Below, piece after piece: positions 1 through 10,306 of a stretch of 64,000 nucleotides of DNA; within the stretch, counting starts at the first letter, position 1; the number at the start of each line of letters is the position of its first letter. The DNA lies in NCBI RefSeq assembly GCF_026571515.1, contig NW_026854357.1:1-64000 (forward strand). Reading direction: 5' to 3'. Source of the stretch: Ruditapes philippinarum (taxonomy: Eukaryota). Position numbers and translations under genes: made by a program. The notes below the pieces were generated by a model, which saw only the letters and a list, made by a program, of their open reading frames with translations, ran no database searches and had not been told where the DNA came from.

Positions 1-2250
1 AAGAAGCAGATCTTATTGATGCACAATCATCTGCCTGCTGTTGAGTATGCAGAGAAGAGAAATGTTGTAAGTTAATGTTATTGTCATTATTCTCGGACTG
101 ATAGAGAGCATTATGCCTAGTTAACCAATCAAATGCTGTCAAAACCTTGAATGGATCAATAAGAAAATTTCCAGAGGAAGCTAAAACATTTCCATGTTCA
201 AACCTTACCAAGCAAAGTGTGTCTTTTGTTTTCAAAGCTGACATAGTTGCATTAATTTCTACAGGGAAAACCAATGACCAAACCTTTTTCTGCATATTGC
301 CCACCTGGTAAGATAATCAAAGACATGCAAATTTGTATTTTAGCTAGTAATTTTTTTTCAAGATTACTGAGAGATGACAGTTCTGGTGGTATGTTTTCAA
401 TGTGGAGTGAATTCAACTTAGAACACAAAAGTGGCATAATGTTCTTAGACAAATAAGTACAACAAGTTTTGCAAAGGTCATGGGAATAATTCAGGTGAAG
501 AGACTTTATAATGTCATTATCAGAGTGCCTAGGAAGATGATATACTTGGAATGAATACAAAAAGCGATCACAAGAATGGCACCAGGCATTAGGTTTATCA
601 CGCAAGAATTTTTCATAACAAGAGCTGTCGGTAGGACAGCACGCTCAACTATTCGAAGTGCTTGATAGTAAAAGAGCCTTGATAATGTTAAATTTTTTAA
701 GTTCACAAAAGGGCTAATTTTTTTTTTATAAATTCATGTTATAGGCCTTAGAGAGAGTCTAATTATACAGTATTGGCTTGACTATTCGGAAGGTAATGTC
801 ACGAGTGTGTTTTATTGAGTATAATAATACTAATTACCTATGAATACATAAATTTGACAGAAAAGGTACAAAGGCTTGTTATTAAGATGTTTTATCAAGT
901 AAATAACTGCTTTATTATTATGAATGCATAAAATTGTCCCAAAAAAGGCACAAACCCTTCAGTAGTTATTGAGATAACAGCTTACAAGCAAAACTTTACC
1001 ATGAATTTCTAAGTTGAAAAAGGGGAGAAAAATCAGCTTAATTGCAAGATAGAATTATGAATCTTTGTCAGTGGCCTACAATTATGACCCTAAATGCATA
1101 TGTGAAGTTTTAAATAAATATCTTTAATAGTTATTGAGATATGTAAAACTTGCATGTAAACATTAACCAAGAGACTAAGTAGAAAAGGGGATATGAATCA
1201 GCCTTAATGCAAGATAGAGTTATGGAACTTGGTCAGTGACATACAATTATGACCCTCCAATTATGACCCTAAGTGCATGTGTAAAGTTTCAAGTAATTAT
1301 ATTTGAAGACCTTTAACCTTTAACCAAAATTTCTAAGTTTCAAAGGGGCAAGTAATTCTGCAAATATTGCAGGCAGAGTTATGCAATTTTGCAAACTGAT
1401 GTACATTGTTACTATAAAAAAGTATTTTAAATTTCAATTGAATATCTCAAGCAATAATTGAGATATTTGATTTTACAAAAAACTTTAACCAAAATTTCTA
1501 AGTTAAAAAGGGGAATAATTCTGTCAATATTGTAGGCAGAGTTATCCAACTTGTCAATCTGATGTAGCTTGTTACTATAAATAAGTATTGTAAGTTTCAA
1601 TTGAATATCTCAAGTAATAATTGAGATATTTGACTTTACAAAAAACTTTAACCAAAATTTCTAAGTTAAAAAGGGGCATAATTCTGTCAATATTGTAGGT
1701 AGAGTTATCCAACTTGTCAATCTGATGTAGCTTGTTACTATAAATAAGTATTGTAAGTTTCAATTGAATATATCAAGTAATAATTGAGATATTTGACTTT
1801 ACAAAAAACTTTAACCAAAATTTCTAAGTTAAAAAGGGGCATAATTCTGTCAATATTGTAGGCAGAGTTATCCAACTTGTCAATCTGATGTAGCTTGTTA
1901 CTATAAATAAGTATTGTAAGTTTCAATTGAATATCTCAAGTAATAATTGAGATATTTGACTTTACAAAAAACTTTAACCAACGCAGACGCGGACGCTGAC
2001 GCCGACGCCGGGGCGACTACAATAGCTCTCATATTCTTCGAATAGTCGAGCTAATTAACACTAGTAGAGTCTACTGCTGGACAGTTATTTGAGTGACTAG
2101 AACAATTAGAAATATTTGTATGCATGTTGTCACTCTGAGTAATTATTTCTTCATAAGCTGCAATATCAAAATTAGGCATATCCATGCAAGAGAATGTGAA
2201 ATTTTTGTCAATAGGACTTTCAGAAACATTCATTGCATTATAATCATTAT
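1..2250 (-). pseudogene. Helitron/Helentron ORF fragment (DUF6570-type region upstream of Rep/Hel), split by a HINE insertion and one frameshift; continues off the left edge
   Basis: Minus strand reads YEKFLRDKPNAWCHSCDRFLY...LCKTC...IPPELSSLSNLEKKLLAKI...LPGGQYAEKGLVIGFP. After a 1-nt shift near 267-270 it continues FPVEINATMS...DPFKVLTAFDWLTRHNALY. The CxxC pairs, P-x-EL-xx-L-xx-LE, GGQ-xx-KG and V-xx-A-xx-WL-xx-N-x-LY motifs are typical of DUF6570 in Helitron-like ORFs. Upstream ORF 2051-2233 joins in frame once 618-2053 is removed. Confidence 0.8.
618..2053 (-). mobile_element. Non-autonomous Helentron-type element (HINE / pearl-like) with internal ~163-bp tandem repeats
   Basis: Subterminal inverted repeat GCTCAACTATTCGAA (~642) / TTCGAATAGTCGAGC (~2037). 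GACGCC microsatellite at 1982-2010. About four 163-bp units at 1320-1980 (the ORF track shows near-identical peptides offset by 163). Inserted between two A residues (TT on the minus strand) with no TSD. Confidence 0.9.
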
Positions 2251-2566
2251 AATCTTTTGGTTATCTTTTGCTTTTTGCTTTTTTCTTTTGGTGTTTTTCC
2301 ATTTAATGCAGAGTAAGAATTGTTATTGTTTCACAAAGTTTAGGACAAAGTGAAACCATTTTTTTCTCTTAAATCTTTCAGAAAGGTAATTGACATATTA
2401 TTCAATTAATTACATAGATATCTGAAGGTACCTGGCTACAAGTATATGTTTGTATCATAGTTTGGGGACCTTTCTGATGAAAATGCGTCCGAGTTACGTC
2501 GTATACATATACATGCGCCATGAGTTAACTGGAATGCAGGTATTAGTTACCCGCACTCCAGAGAAT

Positions 2567-2832
2567 GCCCATTGATTGGCTCATTTTTGCTAGGGTTTAC
2601 TTTTTGTGACGACAGAGAAAGGAAAAGCGACAGAAATGTCATATTTCGATGCTCGTTCATTGGTTTCTTTTCTCCGGGGTTTCATATTGTGACAACAGGG
2701 AACGTGTTTTTTGTTTGACTGTGATACGAAAGAGAAAGAACATCAAAACATTCGGCAATCTGATTAATACATGGGGCTACGCCCCCTCGTATAAATCAGA
2801 TAGACTCGTGTCTCGATGCTCTTTCTATTACA
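2567..2832. repeat. Dispersed repeat with GGGGC-TAC-GCCCC hairpin (probable DNA-element terminus)
   Basis: Close copy at 62521-62705. Both copies end at the identical boundary GCTCTTTCTATTACAT. Confidence 0.75.
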
Positions 2833-3365
2833 TTGTCCTTTATGTTAGCTTATTTGTACTAATATACTAACATGGAGTAGACCTATTTATTATGAGGCAC
2901 ACGGTATTGATGGTTACTAGTCTGTAGACAGTAACTTTTCATTACAAGGAGACAAAAACTAGTAATTTTAAAGCGTTGTTTTTTTCTTTTCAAGTGAGAA
3001 GTAATTTATGGAACAAATACATCTTTTTTGTTCACTCTTTCTGTAAAACGGTTATATTTTGTAAATCTTTCACAGTGCAAGCCATTAATAAATATGTAGA
3101 ATTACTACAATATTGAAAACTGAAGATATAATGTATCAGATATGGAGCAAATTACTTTGAAAAGAAATGCACTAAGTTAGCAGTATTTGGAAAACTTGTG
3201 CAATAAATAAGCATAAATCAAAAGTTATGCCTTAAAATCCTCTAGACGAGACATTATCTTTTCATAAAAATGTTGTTGGTTTTTTATGCTAATAGTTGAT
3301 ATTCTGGAATTCTCTATGAAATTAAGTCCATATCGTCCGCAGTATATTAACCACAGACTGATTTA

Positions 3366-4960
3366 TTAGCTCACCTGTCACAAAGTGACAGGGTGAGCTT
3401 TTGTGATCGCTTTTCGTCCGGCGTCCGTCCGTCGTCCGTCCGTCCGTCCGTCCATAAACTTTTACTTTAAATGACATCTACTCATAAACCACTAAGCCAA
3501 TTTCATCCAAACTTCACAGGAATGTTCCTTTGGTGGTCACCTTTAAAAATTGTTCAAAGAATTTAATTCCATGCAGAACTCTGGTTGCCATGGCAACCGA
3601 AAGAAAAAACTTTAAATATCTTCTTGTAAAAAACCAAAAGAGATAGAGCTTAGATATTTGGCATGAAACATCTTCTAGTGAGTGTCTACCACGTTTGTTC
3701 AAATAAAAGCCCTGGGGTCAAAATTGGCCCCGCCCCGGGGGGTCATTGATTTTCCCTATATGCATATAGTAAAAACTTAAAAAATCTTCTTTTAAAGAAC
3801 CAAAAGAGCTAGAGCTTAGATATTTAGCATGAAACATGTTCTAATGGGTGGCTACCAAGTTTGTTCAAATAAAAGCCCTGGGGTCAAAATTGGCCCCGCC
3901 CCAGGGGTCATTGATTTTCCCTATATGCATATAGTAAAAACTTAAAAATCTTCTTTTAAAGAACTCAAAGAGCTATGGCTAAGATATTGAGCATCAAATA
4001 TGTTCTAATGGGTGTCTACCAAGTTTGTTCAAATAAAAGCCCTGGGGTCAAAATTGGCCCCGCCCCAGGGGGTCATTGATTTTCCCTATATGCATATAGT
4101 AAAAACTTAAAAAATCTTCTTTTAAAGAACCAAAAGAGTTAGAGCTAAGATATTTAGCATGAAACATGTTCTAATAAGTGTCTACCAAGTTTGTTCAAAT
4201 AAAAGCCCTGGGGTCAAAATTGGCCCGCCCCGGGGGGTTATTGATTTTCCCTATATGCATATAGTAAAAACTTACAAAATCTTCTTTTAAAGAACTCAAA
4301 GAGCTAGAGCTAAGATATTTAGCATGAAACATGTTCTAATGTGTGTCTACCATGTTTGTTCAAATAAAAGCCCTGGGTCAAAATTGGCACCGCCCCGGGG
4401 GTCATTGATTTTCCTTATATGTGTATAGCAAAAACTTAAAAAATCTTCTTTGAAAAAACCCAAAAAGCTAGAGTTAAGATATTAAGCATGAAACAACTTT
4501 TAGTGAGTGTCTACAAAGTTTGTTCAAATAAAAGACCTGGGGTCAAAATTGGCCCCGCCCCGGGGGTCATTGATTTTCTTTATATGTGTATAGCAAAAAC
4601 TTAAAATCTTCTTTGAAAAAACCCAAATAGCTAGAGTTTAGATATTAAGCATGAAACATCTTCTAGTAAGTGTCTACAAAGTTTGTTTAAATAAAAGCCC
4701 TGGGGTCAAAACTGGCCCGGCCCAAGGGGTGTCGTTGTTTTTTACTATATGTGTATAGTAAAAACTTTAAAAAAAATCTTCTTTTAAAAAGCCCAATGAG
4801 CTAGAGCTTAGATGTTTAGCATGAAACATCTTCTTATGGGTGTCTACCAAGTTTGTGCAAATAAAAGCCCTTGGGTTAAATTGGCCCTGCAACGTTGGGG
4901 GTGGGGGTTGGGGGGCCTATATACAGGTGAGCGACCTCAGGGCCATCATGGCCCTCTTGT
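3366..4960 (+). mobile_element. Non-autonomous Helentron-type element (HINE) with ~8 x 165-bp internal tandem repeat
   Basis: 5' TAGCTCACCTGTCACAAAGTGACAGGGTGAGC hairpin followed by a (CGTC)n microsatellite. Repeat anchor AAATAAAAGCCCTGGGGTC recurs at 3701, 3867, 4031, 4197, 4362, 4526, 4689 and 4859. 3' subTIR ACAGGTGAGC, palindrome AGGGCCATCATGGCCCT, terminal CTTGT. Confidence 0.93.
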
Positions 4961-5546
4961 ATAGTTTTGCCATAACATTTTCGGCTTAGATTTGTAAATT
5001 TCATTAAAATTAATTGTTGTGTATTATGTAAAATGGCATTTTTTATTGGAATGTCATTATTGTTTTCTAAAATTATCATTGTTTAAACCTTCATAATAAC
5101 TGCAAACTTGAAAAAAATGCATTACCATTAAAATTAATTAGCCCCATCTCTGTAATGTATAAGTAAATAAGTAAAAAGGTTATTGAATACATTTCACATA
5201 AGGAAGATTTTAAAATAAAGTGTCATATATCAAATATATGTCAGATCTCAAGAAAGTGATGCTACAGAGATTATCACAGCAAATTTGAATCAATCAATAC
5301 TTGAACTAGCTGAAAAATATGACAACAAGCGAAGTGAAGAAGAATTTGATTTTTGATTTAATTTAATTAAAAGTATAAATGACAGTCAAAATGAATCAGT
5401 TACTCTCCAATTGACTTGATCTTGAGGAAATTTTAAAACACATTCATGTTATAATCGAAAGTGAAAGTGAAATGGACGTCAATACTAATAAAAGTATTTT
5501 TGAGAAAAAAAAAAAGATCAAATACATTTATTTCTGCCGTACTATC

Positions 5547-6055
5547 ATGGCACTTCTTGGCTCAAGTCACTTTGAAAAATTTTAGGGAATGGACGGGGTC
5601 GAGGTCAGCTGCGGAAAGTCGAGGGAGACGCTTTTGGGGGCTGCAAATGCCAAAGAAGCTATTGTACGTCGACTTAGTAGAACGTCTCTACAAAACAAGA
5701 CGTTGATCATTCACCTCGGAGACAATGACGTCTGCAAGGAGATTGGTCGGCAAAGATTGAGAGACGGATATTAGAAGATTTGGACAAAACACGGGTCAAA
5801 CCGGGTGGCGGATAGTATGATTCGGACACTGGACGCCTTTATATCATACATTCGAAAAGAGATGGGGTCCATAAGAAAATCTGTGGTCGACCTATGGAAG
5901 AGAACAAAGTCCCGGCGCCCCGCCTCCTTTGAGGTCACCAGGCTGTAGTTCAACAGGAACTTGAACAAAGTGAAGAATAAGAAATTAGAATAAGAAAAAA
6001 GATCGACAGTCGTCACATACGCGAAGATGGAGTCAATCTAACAGAAAAGGGTTAG
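5547..6055 (+). pseudogene. SGNH/GDSL-type esterase domain, disrupted
   Basis: One frame with several stops gives MALLGSSHF (block I-like) and TLIIHLGDNDV (block III GxND). After a frameshift it gives HIREDGVNLTEKG (block V DGxH, with H replaced by N). Confidence 0.75.
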
Positions 6056-6153
6056 CGATGGTAAAGAAGAAACTGAAATCTGCTTTATCAAAATAACTCT
6101 TCACCAAAAAAAAAAAACAACCAACAGTCCTTTTCAGGACTACCACAACTGCT

Positions 6154-6349
6154 CGAAAGAGATACCTTTAATATTGTCATTCACTGAAGAATACCTTAAA
6201 TATTGTCATTCACCGAAAGAATACCTTAAATATTGTCATTCACCGAAAGAATACCTTAGATATTGTCATTCAACGAAAGAATACATTACATATTGTCATT
6301 CGACGAAAGAAAACCTTATTAAATTGTCACATATACCCTAAATATTGTC
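6154..6349 (+). repeat. 30-bp minisatellite, ~6 copies
   Basis: Unit CGAAAGAATACCTTAAATATTGTCATTCAC, visible directly. Confidence 0.9.
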
Positions 6350-6539
6350 TAAGTATACCATTTACCTTCCCTTTTTAATTTAAACGAAACATACATAAAT
6401 ATTGAGAAAATCTTCATACGCACATTTTAAGACTATTTGCATTCAAATTGAATGAAAAATAAATTATTTACAAGCGAAATACGGCGGAAAATTGTTTCAG
6501 CCGTGGCAGCAAATAAAGCAAGCGCTCGCTGAATGAAAA

Positions 6540-7553
6540 TCCCGCTGGGAAGAAGGGTAAATCGCTACGAGACAACAGCTCTGTTTAGCCCCTTCTTTTC
6601 GCCGTGAAAATGACTAAGCACAGTGGCGTAAGACGAGCAGCCGAAGTGTTGAAATTCCGCCAGGTATAAGGGGAAATCGCGGCGAGTCGAAGGGTCGGTC
6701 TAGCCCCCTTCTAACGATAAGGCTTTTTTTAATCACTAGTTTTACGAGTAATTTGTTGTTTAGTTGTTAAAATATATGTAAATTTATATTAATTATCAAT
6801 TATTTATAGGGGCAAATTTACATTTGCCAATTTTAACAATTCGAGTCAAGTCGAAAAGATGGCGGCGCATAGCTGACTTGAGCCTTTTTTGGGTATATTT
6901 CAAGGGTTGACCCGCTAAAATGTCTAAAATGGAAAATGAAATAAAAATAAAGTACCGTATAGAAAAATACATAACATATGTTTTCATTGTAATTTTTATT
7001 GTAATATTTTTTTCAAAATATAACTATCAGTAGTAAAGTACAGAATCATAACGAGGAAGTATAAAGTTACGTATATCTTATATGTGCTAATAAGGTGATT
7101 ACCGGGTAGGGGTACTTAATTTGTAAATAACACCGTGTTTTAATCCAGAATTAAATAAAAAACATTGTTAAAATAACTGTTAATATATAAATGTTAGAGG
7201 TAAATAGGGAAAATTTGACAATTTGAATAATTCGAGTAAAGTCGAAAAGATGGCGGCGCAGAGCTGAATTGAATATTTCAAGGGTTGACCCGCATAATCA
7301 CCTTATATTAAGAGTAGAAAAAAATCAAAGTACGAAAAGTGGACACTCTCCTACGTGGGAACAAACAACCGGACTCACGGCGAAAAGAAGGGGACGTAGA
7401 CCTCTCGGCGAATTCCACCTTCTACCAGGCGGGATGTTAGCGTTTCAAGCGCCCGCCCGTCCCTCCACCGTACTTTGCCATTCTAATTACCTCACAGAAA
7501 GTAAAAACAATCTAAGTACGAAAATGGACATTCCTACGTTGGTACAAACAACC
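6540..7553. promoter_or_regulatory. Repeat-structured putative control region upstream of the YR gene
   Basis: Perfect 19-bp inverted repeat CCCCTTCTTTTCGCCGTGA (6589-6607) / TCACGGCGAAAAGAAGGGG (7375-7393). Duplicated block with YY1-consensus AAGATGGCGGC (6856, 7247) and TATTTCAAGGGTTGACCCGC. Further direct repeats at 6540/6655 and 7320/7503. Regulatory function is inferred. Confidence 0.5.
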
Positions 7554-7899
7554 AATACAATTGAAAGATAGAAAGATAGACAAGAAAGAAAAAGTCAGAA
7601 AGGGGATAGTATAGCAGGATGGACCGAAATTCGCTTCTTGCGTGTAATATTGTTTAATATATCAGTATATATCACTGATATTATTTAATTGCTATCATAT
7701 AGCAGATGATATATAATTTTTAACAATTTCATTTGATTTTAGTGTTAATTATTTTTGTATAAATTACTGCTTGCATTTAAATTGATAATATAAGTGATAA
7801 ATTTAATTAAGTCTTTATTTTTTCGGTAAATAATAGTGATTTGTTACTTTAAACTGTAAATATTTTTTATACTTTGCTGTCTTTATTGTACTCGTCATA

Positions 7900-9890
7900 G
7901 CTACTAACGTAACAGTTGCTCGCGAGTGTTATATTTGTAGGGAAGAGAAACAGAGGACGGGAGACTCGGCACTGCAGACGGAGTTCAAGAACTATTACAT
8001 GTGAAAAGAGTGCGATTTCCGGCGCGATTATGTGGGGAGTAGCAAGAAGCCTAGAAACCAGAATGAAGACGGTGGGTATGTTTATCGTTTTCTAGCTTCT
8101 TTATCTTTTAGGGATGGAGAATTTTCAAGGATAATCCCGGCCGCTGTTCGAGTTCATGACTCCGTCTTGAGGTCGTACCTGGATAATGGCACTATTATCC
8201 GGGTACTGACTAAGATATCGGACTTCCTGAGATGGTGTAAGTCGCAACAGTTCATTCACAGATGATAATACGACGGAATTATGGAGATCGTCAATGGATG
8301 CCAGCAGTCGGCCAGAAAGGCTGATCAACAGACGACAGTGGAGAGGCTGGTGGAGGAAGCCCAGAACCTGCCAGCACCGACGGTACCTGCTGCGTTTGAA
8401 AAATCAGAGTATGTCAGAGCACTAAGGGTAAGGTTTCGGCGGAACCCCATTCATTTTTTGTATGATATGGGGTGCTGCCTTATGGTTTTATTAACCATGA
8501 CCAATGCATGCAGGGTTTCTGTTTTAGGTAATCTACGCCTCATCGATGTGGACCGGGCACAGATGCACGACAAGGATGGAAAGACCAGGTACACCATGTC
8601 CGTGTCGAGGCACAATACTTCCTCTACAGGTAAAGTTGCTTTTTTGGTTTAAGATGAATTTTTATTCGCAGATTTATCAATATACAGACGGACGGTTTCT
8701 ACTCTAGTGAGTCAGGTCGACTTAAGATCAAAGCTGGTCAGGGATAGACGATTCATGCCGATTGCAACAGAGTCTGTGGGAAGGATGTGCCGAATCGCCT
8801 GGGAAGCGGCAAAAATGACAGGTAACTTTTCTACTACTCTTTTCAGGAAAACCACCACAATATACAGTATGCAAGCTGACCCAAACTCAGCAGAGGTCGT
8901 CAGCAAGAAGCCTTGCCTCCGGAAGAGCACTGCTGACACGTGGTATGCTGTGCACCAGGACAGAATTTCCGCCCTAGAAGCCGATGATAAAAAGCAACCA
9001 AGGATGGCAACAGATGCCGACACAATACCTGACAAGAAAGGCACGCTCGGCTACTGTGAACCAAGCTCCAGAGGAGGTAAATGTTACAGGACCAGCACCC
9101 ACACCAGCACCAAGACCAGCTCCAACAAAAGGACCAGCACCAACACCACGACCAGAACCAGCTCCAGGACCAACACCAGGACCAGCTCCAACACCAGGAC
9201 CAGCTCCTGCACCAACACTAGAACCAACACCAGGACCAGCTTCAACACCCGGACCAGCTCCTGCACCAACACTAGCACCAGCACCAACACCAGGACCAAA
9301 ACCAGTTCCAGCACCAACACCAGCACCAACACCAGGACCAACTCCAGCACCAGGACCAGCTCCACAGTCAGCATCAGTTACAGGACCAGGGCAGGTAAAT
9401 TTGATTTCTTTTTCAGATACCTTTCTGAGAACAGTCATGGCTGCAAGAAGGTTCGAATGAGGCTCGAACAATTGGGACCTGAGTGGAGGGGCTGCAGAAG
9501 CCTACATATGACACACCGGGATTGATGGTTGGCCTCTTCAATGTAGAAGACGATATATCAAGCCAGAGGACGTTCGAGTATCAGGACCACAGGTAGTCAA
9601 GTAACAGTTCTTTTATTACTGCCGCCGGCAGCGGAATTGTTCCGCCGTCGGTTACCGGCAGTGATGCTTCTTTTACACTTAGTCTTATTTCAGCCAAAAA
9701 GAGAAAGGACCGCGTTCCAGTGCCACCCAGTGTCAAGAAGCAGATCAAGGACACCTTCCTAGAGGTGATATTTCATTATGTGGAGGAGCCTAGCAAAGTC
9801 GTGACAATGCATATTGTGAGGGAGATGAGAAAGGATAAGTGGCCGGAGTACAACGATAAACAACTCGTAGACATTTCTCAAATATGGTAA
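7900..9890 (+). pseudogene. Tyrosine recombinase (phage-integrase fold) gene of an animal YR DNA element, spliced, disrupted
   Basis: ORFs 8032, 8281 and 8707 share one frame separated by stops: RECYIC...TIIRVLTKISDFLRW...LMVLLTMTNACRVSVLGNL...MSVSRHNTS...FSTTLFRKTTT...KKPCLRKSTADTWY. This gives the catalytic R, an HKT-like motif, RK, a degenerate H and the Y nucleophile. A Pro-rich linker follows, then GT-AG intron 9593-9693 and last exon 9694-9890 (KKRKDRVPVPPSVKKQIKDTF...IVREMRKDKWPEYNDKQLVD, Myb/SANT-like). Confidence 0.8.
9087..9390 (+). repeat. Coding minisatellite, ~18-bp unit CCAGCACCAACACCAGGA (PAPTPG repeats)
   Basis: Visible directly. It generates the four overlapping low-complexity ORFs in the track. 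Confidence 0.9.
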
Positions 9891-10306
9891 AAAATGAAGA
9901 AGACTTTTAGGTAAACATTTTATCATTTTAATTTTAAAAAAGTAACACTATAAATAATAAATAATGCAAATTTAAAAAATAATTTTCCAAAATAAATTTA
10001 AAAGAGCAAGACATAAATGATGCCTCATCAACCAAAGAACAAAGGTATATTTTTCCATTTACTTAAGGTCAAAGTTAAGTATTAGACGAATGCAGACAGA
10101 TGGGCAGGCTATCAAGCCGAAGGAAAGGTAAAGGTCCACAAGGGGTAGGATAATTGAGGAGGTGAAAGGAGATATAATACTGAAGCGCAGACATATCGTG
10201 TTGGATTGAGTGGAACGAAATTAAATCGTGACGATGATAATATCAGATATTACCATGGTCTAGTGATGTTTCATTTTTACTTACAGTGAATTACATTGAC
10301 ATTGTA

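Noticed and set aside
1575-1926. Duplicated 62-aa ORFs
   Set aside because: Artefacts of the 163-bp HINE repeat.
3070-5420. Possible exons flanking the HINE (RYGANYFEKKCTKL; DATEIITANLNQSILELAEKY)
   Set aside because: Short, interrupted by stops and matching no family I recognise.
6154-6349. CRISPR array
   Set aside because: The repeats are contiguous with no unique spacers, the context is eukaryotic and there are no cas genes.
8707-9525. 272-aa ORF with a Thr/Ser/Arg tail, plus the antisense Gly/Val and Leu/Val ORFs, as real proteins
   Set aside because: Only the first ~95 aa belong to the YR. The rest are alternative frames of the 18-bp minisatellite.
5547-9890. DIRS/Ngaro retrotransposon
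   Set aside because: No RT/RNase H or gag is seen, the YR motifs are not of the HSxRxG/GRW type, the gene has introns and the esterase is upstream.
10068-10260. Purine-rich coding-like stretch after the YR gene
   Set aside because: Stops in the frames I translated and no recognisable motif.
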